Shown piece after piece: positions 29,105-38,391 of a stretch of DNA of 41,452 nucleotides. This DNA comes from a virus: the IMG/VR virus record IMGVR_UViG_3300032144_000028, positions 1-41,452 of that record. One strand, given 5' to 3'. Every line of letters begins with the position of its first letter. The stretch's first letter is position 1. A program made the position numbers and the translations under genes. A model generated the notes under the pieces. That model was not told the DNA's origin and did no database searches. It saw only the letters and a program-made list of their open reading frames with translations.

Positions 29105-29421
29105 GGGCTGTCCGAGAGGCGATCGAGCGACTCGCCGACGACCTCGCCCGGCTGGTCGTCCAGGGCGTCCACGAGGACCTGGGCGCGCTCGTCGGATCGG
29201 TCGACCCGCCAGCTCCGCGGCCGCGCCGGCGCCGGAAGCGACGTGCGACCAAGACGAAGCGGACGCCTGAGCAGCGTTCGGGGCCCACCCTCCCGACGAC
29301 CGGCGTCTCGGGCGAGGCGACGACGATCCTCCACTCCGGCGGCCTTGAGGCTGCAGCCCCCCGGCGCGCCGCCCGAGCGGAGCCTGAGGAGGAGTACGAC
29401 CCGGAGCTCGAGTGGGGATGA
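29101..29421 (+). CDS. Hypothetical protein with a basic central stretch
   Basis: GTG 29101 in a GTGA overlap, 106 aa. ...PRPRRRRKRRATKTKRTPEQR... Confidence 0.45.
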   Translation: MRAVREAIERLADDLARLVVQGVHEDLGALVGSVDPPAPRPRRRRKRRATKTKRTPEQRSGPTLPTTGVSGEATTILHSGGLEAAAPRRAARAEPEEEYDPELEWG

Positions 29422-30026
29422 GCGCCGCCCGGACCGCTACCGAGCTGCTCTCCCCCCGGGCCTTCGGCCTGGCCCTGGGAGTCACCCGCCAGGCCGTCAT
29501 GAAGGCCATCGTGGCTGGGCGCCTGCGCGCGAGCCTCTCTCGCTGCGAGCGGACCGGCCGGCACCTCGTCGACCTCGAGCTCGGGCGGCAGGAGTGGCGC
29601 GACTGGACGGACCCGGCCAAGCAGAAGGACCGGGCGGAGCCCGCCCGCGGCGGGAGGCCGAAGAAGGGCGCCGCCGCGACCCCGTCCATGTTCGACCCAG
29701 ACTCCGTGAAGGCCCAGGCCGTGCGCACGACGCTCGCGACGACGCGCACCGAGCAGGTGGCCCTCGACGTCGAGCTCAAGCGCCTGGAGCTGGCCCAGCG
29801 GCAGGGGGCCCTCGTCGACCGGCGCGAGGTGCAGCGCGAGGCCTTCCGGCTGGCGCGCGCCGTGCGCGACCGCCTGCAGGCGATCCCGGACCGCATCGCC
29901 GCCAACCTGGCCGCCCTCGAGAAACCCGGTCAGGTGCACCAGGCCCTGGCCGAGGAGATCGCCCGCGCCCTCGAGACCCTCGGGCGCGAGGAGGAAGGAC
30001 TCGAGGGTCCGAGAGGACGCGCATGA
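29418..30026 (+). CDS. terS: Terminase small subunit (lambda Nu1-like)
   Basis: ATG 29418 in an ATGA overlap (GTG 29412 is also possible), ~202 aa. N-terminal wHTH ...LLSPRAFGLALGVTRQAVMKAIVAGRL... The C-terminus ...VELKRLELAQRQGALVDRREVQREAFRLARAVRDRLQAIPDRIAANL fits the Nu1-type small terminase layout. Lies upstream of the large terminase. Confidence 0.65.
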   Translation: MSAARTATELLSPRAFGLALGVTRQAVMKAIVAGRLRASLSRCERTGRHLVDLELGRQEWRDWTDPAKQKDRAEPARGGRPKKGAAATPSMFDPDSVKAQAVRTTLATTRTEQVALDVELKRLELAQRQGALVDRREVQREAFRLARAVRDRLQAIPDRIAANLAALEKPGQVHQALAEEIARALETLGREEEGLEGPRGRA

Positions 30027-31594
30027 AGAAGCAGGCCAAGAAGAAGCCCGAGGTCCCCGCCACCGAGCTCGGCGTTCAACCTGAGGCGGGACTCCCCCCG
30101 CCCCCGGTGCGCGGTGGGCTGCAGGAGCTCTTCCTGGACGAGCTCCGGCCGTGGCCCGGGAACCGCGACCTCGGCGACCTGGCCGAGCTCGTCGAGAGCG
30201 TCCGCGCCCAGGGCGTGCTCCAGCCGGTCCTCGTCCGCCCGCACCCGGAGGACGCGGCCGCCTACCAGGTCGTGGCCGGGCACCGGCGCGTCGAGGCGGC
30301 GCGCCGCGCGAAGCTCCAGCGCGTGCCGGCGCTCGTGCGCGACCTCGACGACCGCCAGGCCCTCGAGATCCAGCTGGTCGAGAACCTGCAGCGGCGCGAC
30401 CTCCACCCCCTCGAGGAGGCCGAGGGCTACGAGCTGCTCGTCCAAAAGCACGGCCACTCGGCCGAGTCGCTGGCGGCGCGGGTCGGGCGCTCGAAGGCCT
30501 ACGTCTACGCCCGGCTCAAGCTGCTTGACCTCGGGAAGGAGGCCCGCACCGCCTTCCGGGCGGGCAAGGTCGAGGCCTCGGTGGCGCTCCTGCTCGCGCG
30601 CGTCCCCGCCCCCCTGCAGGCCGAGGCCGTCGAGGCGGTCCTCTACTACTGGGGCGAGGACCAGCCCCCCACCTTCCGCGAGGCCTCCGAGGTCCTGCGG
30701 ACCCGGTTCATGCTCCGCCTCGACCAGGCGCCCTTCGACCGGAAGGACGCCGAGCTCGTGCCGGAGGCCGGCGCCTGCGGCCCCTGCCCGCGGCGGACCG
30801 GGAACCAGCCCGACCTCTTCGGGGACGTCGGCAAGGCCGACCACTGCACCGACCCGACGTGCTTCGCGAAGAAGAAGGCGGCCCACTTCGTGCGCCTCGA
30901 GGCCGCGGCCGTCGCCGAGAACCGCAAGGTGTTCACCGGCAAGGCCGCGACGAAGGCCCTGCACGACCCGGCCTGGGTGGACCCCGACGCGGAGCTCGCC
31001 TCGCTCGACTGGAAGAAGCCCCGCCAGGTCCTGAAGAAGAAGCTCCCGCCGGCGGCCGTCGCGATCACGGATCGCGGGGCGAAGGAGCTGGTGTCCAGGA
31101 AGGAGCTCGAGCAGGCGCTCAAGGAGGCCGGCTTCAAGCCCAAGAAGAGGGCCGCGCCGGCGAACCTCGGCGGGGACGACTACGGGAAGAAGCTCCGGGC
31201 CAAGCGGGCCGAGTGCCGGGCGCTGGTCGAGGCCTGCCTCGCGGTGAGCGTCTCGCTGCCGCTGGCCGACGCCGCGGCGATCCTCGCCGACTACGTCCTG
31301 GAGGAGGTCGGTGCCGACGTGAGGAAGCGCCTCCTCTCGGCCGCTGGCGAGCAGGGCCACGACCTGCGCCCGCTGCGCAAGAAGGTCGGCCCGGCCGGGG
31401 AGCTCCGGCTCGCCCTCGAGGCGGTCTTCGAGTCCTCCACCGAAGCCTCCCCATGGGTCTCTGGCTGGGTCCGGCCGGTGCTCGCGCGCGCCATGAAGAC
31501 GCTCGGCGTCGACGCCAAGGCGGTGCTGGCCGCGGCCCGGAAGGCCGCGAAGTCGAAGGACTCGAAGAAGAAGGGCCGCGGTGGGAAGGCCTGA
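30023..31594 (+). CDS. ParB/Srx N-terminal-domain protein with Cys-cluster and long basic C-terminal region
   Basis: ATG 30023 in an ATGA overlap, 523 aa. ParB box region ...VLQPVLVRPHPEDAAAYQVVAGHRRVEAARRAKLQRVPALVRDLDDRQALEIQLVENLQRRDLHPLEEAEGY...GRSKAYVYARLKLL... Then ...EAGACGPCPRRTGNQPDLFGDVGKADHCTDPTCFAKKK... Confidence 0.8.
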   Translation: MKKQAKKKPEVPATELGVQPEAGLPPPPVRGGLQELFLDELRPWPGNRDLGDLAELVESVRAQGVLQPVLVRPHPEDAAAYQVVAGHRRVEAARRAKLQRVPALVRDLDDRQALEIQLVENLQRRDLHPLEEAEGYELLVQKHGHSAESLAARVGRSKAYVYARLKLLDLGKEARTAFRAGKVEASVALLLARVPAPLQAEAVEAVLYYWGEDQPPTFREASEVLRTRFMLRLDQAPFDRKDAELVPEAGACGPCPRRTGNQPDLFGDVGKADHCTDPTCFAKKKAAHFVRLEAAAVAENRKVFTGKAATKALHDPAWVDPDAELASLDWKKPRQVLKKKLPPAAVAITDRGAKELVSRKELEQALKEAGFKPKKRAAPANLGGDDYGKKLRAKRAECRALVEACLAVSVSLPLADAAAILADYVLEEVGADVRKRLLSAAGEQGHDLRPLRKKVGPAGELRLALEAVFESSTEASPWVSGWVRPVLARAMKTLGVDAKAVLAAARKAAKSKDSKKKGRGGKA

Positions 31595-31901
31595 GGGTTG
31601 CTCGCGGTGCACCGCCCGCGCGCGCCGCACGGGGGAGCGGCGCCAGCGCTGCCGGGGCTGCGCCGGCGCCTGGGCCACCTTTCAGGCGAGCGCGCGCCAG
31701 CTGATCGACCTCCACGCCGAGCCGGCCCAGGTCCTCGTCGAGCACGACGCCAGCGGCTTCACGGTCCGCCGCTCCCAGGACGTGGCGCCGACCGCGGCCT
31801 GGTTCGAGCCATGGCTCTACCTGCACGCGCGCGGGCTCGCCGTCCTGACCCACGGCCCGGACGGGAAGCTCGCGTCGATCCGATTCTGGGCGACGTGGTG
31901 A
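31581..31901 (+). CDS. Small protein with N-terminal C4 zinc-ribbon-like motif
   Basis: GTG 31581 is the only start in frame, 106 aa. CSRC-x17-CRGC, then ...LIDLHAEPAQVLVEHDASGFTVRRSQDVAPTAAWFEPWLYLHARGLAVLTHGPDGKLASIRFWATW*. Its stop overlaps the terminase GTG (GTGA). Confidence 0.45.
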   Translation: MGRPEGCSRCTARARRTGERRQRCRGCAGAWATFQASARQLIDLHAEPAQVLVEHDASGFTVRRSQDVAPTAAWFEPWLYLHARGLAVLTHGPDGKLASIRFWATW

Positions 31902-33850
31902 GCTCGGCCCAGGCCTACCGCGAGGCCTTCCTCCGGGGCCTGCGCCCCGATCCCCGGATCACGGTCTCCGAGTGGGCCGACCGCCACCGCCTGCTCAGCC
32001 GCCGTAGCTCCCCCGAGCCTGGGCCCTGGCGCACGGCGCGCACGCCCTACTTGCGCGAGATCATGGACTGCCTCTCGAGCACGTCCGAGGTCGAGGTGCT
32101 GGTCTTCCAGAAGGGGAGCCAGATCGGGGGCACGGAGGTCCTGAACAACTGGATCGGCTACGTGATCGACCACTGCCCCGGGCCGATGATGGTCGTGATG
32201 CCCACCGAGGGCGTGCAGAAGCGCAAGTCGCGCCAGACCCTAGACGCGCTGATCGAGGACACCCCCCGGATCGCGAGCAAGGTCGCCGCCAAGAAGAGCC
32301 GCGACCCCGGGAACACGACGCTCATGAAGGTCTTCCCCGGGGGCATGCTGGTCCTCGCCTCGGCCCAGTCGGCGGCCGAGCTCCGCTCGACCAGCATCCG
32401 CTTCCTCGGGCTCGACGAGATCGACGCCTACCCGGCCGAGCTCGACGGAGAGGGCGACCCGGACGAGCTCGCCGAGCGGGGCACGCACACCTTCGCCGGG
32501 CGGAAGATCTACCGGGTGTCGACGCCCACGATCGAGGGGCGCTCGCGGATCGCGCGCGCCTTCCTCGAGACGGACCGCCGCTACTACCACGTGCCCTGCC
32601 CCCTCTGCGGGGCGATGCAGCGGATCTCCTGGCCGCAGGTGCGCTGGGAGCAGAAGGACGACGAGAGCGTCGAGCACGTCGTCCGCGAGCTCCGCGAGCG
32701 CCGGCGCGAGGCCTGGCTGGAGTGCGAGGCCTGCCACGGGCGGATCGACGAGCACTGGAAGGACCAGATGCTCGCCGCCGGCGTCTGGATCCCCGAGGAG
32801 CCGGGCCTGGGCCAGCGCGTGCGCGGGTACCACCTCTCGGCGCTCTACTCGCCCCTGGGCATGTATTCCTGGACGCAGAGCGTCGTGCGCTTCCTGCGCT
32901 CCAAGGGGCATCCCTCGCGCCTGCGGGTCTGGGTGAACCAGGACCTGGGCGAGACCTGGAAGGAGAAGGGCGACGCGCCCGAGTGGCGCCGGATCTACGA
33001 GCTGCGCGAGAGCTACCCCCTCGGGGTCGTGCCCGCCGGCGCGGCGATCCTGACCGCCGGCGTGGACGTCCAGGCGGACCGCTTCGAGTACGAGGTGGTC
33101 GCCTGGGGCCCTGGGCTCGAGAGCTGGTCGATTCAGTACGTCGTGCACCCCTGCGACCCGACCAAGGTCGAGAGCTGGGCCGAGCTCGACCGCCTGCTCG
33201 CGCGCGAGTTCCACTTCGCCGACGGACGCACCGCGACGCGCCTCGCCGGCATGGCCGTCGACACCGGGTACGAGGCGCAGAAGGTCTACGGCTGGGCGCG
33301 CCGCTACGGGCGCAGCGCGCGGCTCTTCCTGGTCAAGGGCCGCACCGGGACGAGGGTGCCGGTCGGCGTCCCCAAACCGGTCGACGTCGAGGTGGGCGGC
33401 CGGCGCCTGAAGCGCGGCGTGCGCCTCTGGCACGTCGACACGGGGATCCTGAAGGAGGAGCTCTACGAGAACCTCGAGCTGCGCCCGCCGGTCGAGCCGG
33501 GGGCTGCCTTCCCCGAGGGCTACTGCCACTTCCCGCAGTACGGCCCGGAGCACTTCAAGGGCCTGACGGCCGAGATCCTGGTCCGCCGGCGGCTCAAGGG
33601 CGGGAACGTCGTCCTGGAGTGGGACAAGGTCCGCGAGCGGAACGAGCAGCTCGACTGCCGCGTCTACGCGCGCGCCGCCGCCTACGTCCTTGGCGCGGAC
33701 CGCTGGAGCGGGCAGGATTGGGCCGCGGCGAGGACCCTGGTCGTCCAGGCCCCCCCGCTCGGCCCGCCGACCGCGCCTCCGCCCGGCCCGCCGACCAAGG
33801 ACGGGGGCGGACGACGACCCGACAGCCGATGGCGACGTTTTCGCAGGTAG
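31898..33850 (+). CDS. terL: Terminase large subunit (lambda gpA family)
   Basis: GTG 31898 (or 31895), ~650 aa. ...ITVSEWADRHRLLSRRSSPEPGPWRTARTPYLREIMDCLS...VLVFQKGSQIGGTEVLNNWIGYVIDHCPGPMMVVMPT...YHVPCPLCGAMQRISW... Confidence 0.9.
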   Translation: MSSAQAYREAFLRGLRPDPRITVSEWADRHRLLSRRSSPEPGPWRTARTPYLREIMDCLSSTSEVEVLVFQKGSQIGGTEVLNNWIGYVIDHCPGPMMVVMPTEGVQKRKSRQTLDALIEDTPRIASKVAAKKSRDPGNTTLMKVFPGGMLVLASAQSAAELRSTSIRFLGLDEIDAYPAELDGEGDPDELAERGTHTFAGRKIYRVSTPTIEGRSRIARAFLETDRRYYHVPCPLCGAMQRISWPQVRWEQKDDESVEHVVRELRERRREAWLECEACHGRIDEHWKDQMLAAGVWIPEEPGLGQRVRGYHLSALYSPLGMYSWTQSVVRFLRSKGHPSRLRVWVNQDLGETWKEKGDAPEWRRIYELRESYPLGVVPAGAAILTAGVDVQADRFEYEVVAWGPGLESWSIQYVVHPCDPTKVESWAELDRLLAREFHFADGRTATRLAGMAVDTGYEAQKVYGWARRYGRSARLFLVKGRTGTRVPVGVPKPVDVEVGGRRLKRGVRLWHVDTGILKEELYENLELRPPVEPGAAFPEGYCHFPQYGPEHFKGLTAEILVRRRLKGGNVVLEWDKVRERNEQLDCRVYARAAAYVLGADRWSGQDWAAARTLVVQAPPLGPPTAPPPGPPTKDGGGRRPDSRWRRFRR

Positions 33851-34074
33851 ACCTGGACCGCCTCGAGCGGGCGATCGCCTCCGGGGCCCTGACCGTCCGG
33901 TACGACGACGGCCGCCAGGTCACCTACCGCTCCCTCGAGGAGCTCTTCCAGGCCCGCAACCTCGTCCGCCGGTGCCTCGGCCTCGACGCCGGCCCGACCC
34001 GCAAGGTCGCGGCCCACTCGAAGGGCGTCGAAGGGCCGATCGGCGGGGACCACTTCTGGACCCGGATCCCGTGA
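33829..34074 (+). CDS. Head-tail joining protein (lambda gpW-like)
   Basis: ATG 33829, 81 aa. MATFSQVDLDRLERAIASGALTVRYDDGRQVTYRSLEELFQARNLVRRCL... Lies between terminase and portal, as in lambda. Confidence 0.7.
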   Translation: MATFSQVDLDRLERAIASGALTVRYDDGRQVTYRSLEELFQARNLVRRCLGLDAGPTRKVAAHSKGVEGPIGGDHFWTRIP

Positions 34075-35750
34075 ACCCCCTCGACCGGCTGATCGCCTCG
34101 GTGGCCCCGCGCCTCGCCTACCAGCGGGCGGTCGCGCGCGTGCGCCTCGAGGCCCTCGAGCGAGGCCGCGACCGGACGCGGCGCTACGAGGGGGCCGACC
34201 GCGGCCGCCGCACCCAGGGCTGGACCACCTTCGACTCCTCGCCCGTGGCCGCCACGCGCGGGGCCCTCCACGACCTGCGCGCGCGCTGCCGGGACCTGCG
34301 CCGGAACAACCCCTGGGCCCAGACGGCGGTGCGCGAGCTCGCCGCCAACGTGGCCGGGATCGGCGTGCGCCCGCGCTTCACACACGAGTCCGACGCCGAG
34401 CTCCGGCGCGCCACCGAGGCCTGGGACGAGTGGGCCTCGACGACCCAGGCGGACGCCGCCGGCCGCGAGACCTTCTTCGGCATGCAGGCGGCCGCCTTCG
34501 AGGGCGTCGTCGACGGGGGCGAGACCCTCGTCCGTCGGCGGATGCGCCGGCTCGACGACCCCCTGGCCGTCCCGCTGCAGGTCCAGCTGCTCGAGGGCGA
34601 CCACGTGGACACGCTGCGCGACCTCGAGCGGGACGCCAACGGGAACCGCGTCGTCCAGGGCGTCGCCTTCGACGCGATCGGCCGCCGCTCCGGCTACTGG
34701 CTCTTCCCCGACCACCCCGGCGACCTCTACAGCACGGGGACCTTCCTCGAGAGCCGCTTCGTCCCGGCCGAGGAGGTGCGCCACCTCTACCGCGCCGACC
34801 GGGTGGGCCAGGTGCGCGGCGTCCCCTGGGGGGCCGTCGTCGCGCTGCGCCTCCACGACTTCGACGCCTACGAGGACAACGAGCAGCTGCGCATGGTCGT
34901 CGCGACGAGCTTCGCCGGCTTCGTGCACGACCTCTCGGGGGCCGACGCCTCCTTCAGCAGCGGCGTCGGGACGCCCGGCCAGGTCGCCGCCCGGAACGAG
35001 CTCGGCCAGCCCATCGACGAGATCCAGGCGGGGACGATCGAGCACCTCGCAGAGGGGAAGACGATCGACTTCACCAGCCCCCCGCAAAACGAGGGGTTCG
35101 AGGCCTTCGCCCGGGTCCAGCTGCGCGCGATCGCCAAGGGCTACGGGCCCCCCGCCTGGCTGATCTCCGGGGACCTCTCGCAGGTGAACTTCTCCTCGAT
35201 CCGCGCGGACTGGATCGCCTTCAACCGCAACGTCGAGGTCTGGCGCCAGCGCGTCCTGATCGCCCACTTCTGCGACCCGGTCCTGCGCTGGTGGCGCTCC
35301 GCCGCCGAGCTCGTGGACGTCCTGACCCCCGGCCGGGCCGACCCCGCGCGCCTGCGCTGGGAGTGGATCCCGCCCCGGCGCGAGATGCTCGACCCGCGTA
35401 CCGAGGTCATGGCGGAGATCGAGGCCGTGCGGGCCGGGTTCAAGTCCCTGACCCAGGTCGTCTCGTCCCTCGGGACCGACCCGGAGCGCGTGCTGCAGGC
35501 GCTGGCGGACGACCTGGCGACGGCGCGCAAGCTCGGGCTCCGGCTCTCGACGGACGCCGGCAACCCCGGCCCGGGCCGGGTCGGGACGGTCAACGGGAAC
35601 GGCTCCTCGAAGCCCTCGGGCGCGGCCTCGGAGGAGGACGACGACGCCGAGGCCGAGGAGGAGGACCGCCTGGCGCGGGCCCTGCTCGAGCGCCTCCGCT
35701 CGCGCGGGCTCTCGACCGCCGAGGCGGTCGGGCTCCTCGTCGGCCCTTGA
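34071..35750 (+). CDS. Portal protein (lambda gpB family)
   Basis: GTG 34071 in a GTGA overlap, 559 aa. ...RRYEGADRGRRTQGWTTFDSSPVAATRGALHDLRARCRDLRRNNPWAQTAVRELAANVAGIGVRPRF... Confidence 0.85.
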   Translation: MNPLDRLIASVAPRLAYQRAVARVRLEALERGRDRTRRYEGADRGRRTQGWTTFDSSPVAATRGALHDLRARCRDLRRNNPWAQTAVRELAANVAGIGVRPRFTHESDAELRRATEAWDEWASTTQADAAGRETFFGMQAAAFEGVVDGGETLVRRRMRRLDDPLAVPLQVQLLEGDHVDTLRDLERDANGNRVVQGVAFDAIGRRSGYWLFPDHPGDLYSTGTFLESRFVPAEEVRHLYRADRVGQVRGVPWGAVVALRLHDFDAYEDNEQLRMVVATSFAGFVHDLSGADASFSSGVGTPGQVAARNELGQPIDEIQAGTIEHLAEGKTIDFTSPPQNEGFEAFARVQLRAIAKGYGPPAWLISGDLSQVNFSSIRADWIAFNRNVEVWRQRVLIAHFCDPVLRWWRSAAELVDVLTPGRADPARLRWEWIPPRREMLDPRTEVMAEIEAVRAGFKSLTQVVSSLGTDPERVLQALADDLATARKLGLRLSTDAGNPGPGRVGTVNGNGSSKPSGAASEEDDDAEAEEEDRLARALLERLRSRGLSTAEAVGLLVGP

Positions 35751-35782
35751 ACCCGGGGCCCGGGGCGGGGAGGATCCCGGGC

Positions 35783-37960
35783 GTGAGCAAGGCCGTCCTA
35801 GCCCGCCCCGCCGTCCTGGAGACCACCGGGCTCGAGGGCCACGAGTTCCGCCTGGCGGAGTCGCGGCCCTCGGTCCGCGCCGAGATCCTGGCCGAGTCGA
35901 TCCGCGAGGAGGCGGACGGCTCGCTCCTCCTTCGCCTGCGCGTCGCCAGCGCCTACCCCGTGCGGCGCTGGGGCTACTTCGACGGCGGGCTCGAGGAGTT
36001 CGAGGAGGTCCTCTCCTTCGACGCCGGCGCGCACCGCGACGAGCGCCTGGCCTCGGGCCGCACGCCGCTCCTTTCGGCGCACTCGACCTGGTCGCTCGAC
36101 AGCGTCCTCGGCGTCGTGTTCGACCCGACCTGGAACCGCGAGGAGGGCTACGTCGAGGCCGCCTGCCGGATCTCCGCGCGCGAGGAGCTCGCCGGCCTGC
36201 GCAAGGACGTGCGCTCGCGCATCGTCGTCAACACCTCCGCCGGCTACCGCGTGTACCAGTACCGCGACGTGACGCAGAAGGGCGATCCGCGCCGGCGTCT
36301 GCTCGCGATCGACTGGGAGATCCGCGAGTGCTCCCTGGTGCCGATCGGCGCCGACCCGACCAGCTCCACCCGCTCGGCGCCCCAAGGGCCCGAAGAGCGG
36401 GCGGAGACCGCTACCCTCTGGACCCCTCCCAAACCCCGAGAGCGAACGATGGACCCCGAGCTGGAGACGACCCCCGCCCCCGCCGCGAGCGCGACCCCGG
36501 CGACCCAGGAACCGACGCGCGCCGCCCCGGCGGCCGCGCCCGCCCCGGCGCCCGCGGCCCCCGCGCCGTCGGCTCCGGTCGACCCGGCCGCGACCGAGCG
36601 CGCGCGCCAGCGCGGGATCCGCACGAAGCTGCGCGCGGCGGGCCTCCCCGTCGACGGCGAGCTCGCCACGCGGCTCCTCGACGAGGGTGTCCCGCTCGAG
36701 CGGGCGACCTCCGACATCCTCGACGCGGTCACGCGGCGCGACGGCGCGCTCGAGACCCGCGGCGAGGTCGCGGTGGGCGTCTCCGACGCGGACCGTTTCC
36801 TCGGCCAGATCGAGGACGTGATCGCGCAGCGCACGATCCGGAACCTCCTGACGACCGAGGAGCGCGCCGCGCTCGACAAGCGCCTGCAGGGGAACCCCCT
36901 GGTGCACCGGCGCCTGCTCTTCATCGGCGAGCGCTACCTCGAGGTCGTGCACGGCGCGCGCGACCTGGGACGGCTCAACGCCATGGAGCTCGCGACGCAG
37001 GTCCTCTTCCACCGCCGCGACCCCGGCGCCATGGCGCGCTCGGCCCCCGGCTTCCACGTGACGAGCGACTTCGCCTCGGTGCTGGCGAACGTGGCCAACA
37101 AGGGCCTGCAGCGGATGTTCATGATGACCCCGGACACCTACTCGCAGTGGGTCGTCTTCGGGACGCTGCCCGACTTCAAGCAGTCGAAGCGCGTGAACCT
37201 GGGCGACGCCCCGCGCCTCGTGCGCAAGCCCGAGGGTGGCGAGGTGAGCTTCGGGGCCGTCGGGGAGAAGGGCGAGAACGTCCAGCTCCTGACCTACGCC
37301 CGGGCGCTGGCGATCTCCCGCGAGAGCCTGGTGAACGACGACCTGGGCGCGTTCATGCGCTTCCCGCGCGCCTTCGGCGGGGCCTCCAAGCAGCTGATCG
37401 CGGACCTCGTCTACTCGGTCCTGACGGCGAACGCCGCCCTGTCGGACGGCTTCGCCCTGTTCGACGCCACCAACCACGGCAACCTCGTGACCGGCGCCGG
37501 GAACAGCCTCTCGGCCGCCGGCGTCGCCGCCCTGACCAACGTGCGGGCGCTGGCCCGCCGCCAGAAGGGGATCACCCCGGGCAACAACGAGACGCCCTTC
37601 TTCCTCTCGGTCGACCTCCCGCACCTGCGCGTCCCGGAGAACCTCGAGACGGCGGCCCAGCAGCTGACGACCTCGATCCAGGCCCAGCAGGTCGGCAACG
37701 TCAACCCCTTCCAGGGGGCGTTCCGCTCGGTCATGGCCGAGCCGCGCCTCGGGGCCGTGTCGCAGGCCGCCTTCTACCTGATGACGGACCCCGCGATGAT
37801 GGACACGATCGAGGTGGACTTCCTCGAGGGCGAGCAGGGCCCGGTGATCGAGTCCCGCATGTCGTGGACGAGCGAGGGCGTCGAGATGAAGTGCCGCCTC
37901 GACGTCGGCGTCGCCGCGACCGAGTACCGCGGCCTCTACAAGAACGAGGGCACGACCTGA
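35783..37960 (+). CDS. Fused prohead serine protease (HK97/S78-like) - Pro/Ala linker/scaffold - major capsid protein
   Basis: GTG 35783 preceded by GGGGAGGA, 725 aa. Protease part ...TPLLSAHSTWSLDSVLG...VVNTSAGYRVYQY...IRECSLVPIGADP... Linker ...TPAPAASATPATQEPTRAAPAAAPAPAPAAPAPSAP... C-terminal ~430 aa is capsid-like (...SDFASVLANVANKGLQRMFMMTPDTYSQWV...LTYARALAISRESLVNDDLGAF...). In-frame internal ATG at 36449. Confidence 0.8.
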   Translation: MSKAVLARPAVLETTGLEGHEFRLAESRPSVRAEILAESIREEADGSLLLRLRVASAYPVRRWGYFDGGLEEFEEVLSFDAGAHRDERLASGRTPLLSAHSTWSLDSVLGVVFDPTWNREEGYVEAACRISAREELAGLRKDVRSRIVVNTSAGYRVYQYRDVTQKGDPRRRLLAIDWEIRECSLVPIGADPTSSTRSAPQGPEERAETATLWTPPKPRERTMDPELETTPAPAASATPATQEPTRAAPAAAPAPAPAAPAPSAPVDPAATERARQRGIRTKLRAAGLPVDGELATRLLDEGVPLERATSDILDAVTRRDGALETRGEVAVGVSDADRFLGQIEDVIAQRTIRNLLTTEERAALDKRLQGNPLVHRRLLFIGERYLEVVHGARDLGRLNAMELATQVLFHRRDPGAMARSAPGFHVTSDFASVLANVANKGLQRMFMMTPDTYSQWVVFGTLPDFKQSKRVNLGDAPRLVRKPEGGEVSFGAVGEKGENVQLLTYARALAISRESLVNDDLGAFMRFPRAFGGASKQLIADLVYSVLTANAALSDGFALFDATNHGNLVTGAGNSLSAAGVAALTNVRALARRQKGITPGNNETPFFLSVDLPHLRVPENLETAAQQLTTSIQAQQVGNVNPFQGAFRSVMAEPRLGAVSQAAFYLMTDPAMMDTIEVDFLEGEQGPVIESRMSWTSEGVEMKCRLDVGVAATEYRGLYKNEGTT

Positions 37961-38018
37961 GTCGGCCCCCACGCCCAGCGAACCCAACCCCCCAAGGAAC
38001 CAAGAAGAGACCTCTCCC

Positions 38019-38369
38019 ATGCGCGTCTACCTCCACGAAGGATGCAAGTCCGAGCAGGTGGCCCCGGCTGGTGGCGTGACCGCCGGCCTCGGCTACGTGA
38101 TCGGCGCGAACACCTTCCTCGTCGCCGAGGGCTCGGCCGCCGCCGGCGAGCGCTTCGTCGGGCTCCGCAAGGGCGTCGTCCGCCTGCCGAAGAGCACCTC
38201 GGACGCGATCACCGCCGGCGCCCGGGTCTTCTGGGACAACACCGCCAAGGAGATCCGCGCCGCCTCGGCCGCGGGTCGCTTCATGATCGGGACCGCCGAG
38301 ACCGCCCAGATCGCCGCCGACCTCTTCGTCGACGTGCTCCTGGACGGGATCTCGACCGTCGCCGTCTGA
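38019..38369 (+). CDS. DUF2190-family head decoration/cement protein
   Basis: ATG 38019, 116 aa. ...GVTAGLGYVIGANTFLVAEGSAAAGERFVGLRKGVVRLPKSTSDAITAGARVFWDNTAKEI...IGTAE... Directly after the capsid gene. Confidence 0.75.
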   Translation: MRVYLHEGCKSEQVAPAGGVTAGLGYVIGANTFLVAEGSAAAGERFVGLRKGVVRLPKSTSDAITAGARVFWDNTAKEIRAASAAGRFMIGTAETAQIAADLFVDVLLDGISTVAV

Positions 38370-38391
38370 ACCGGGGCGAACCTCCCTCGTC

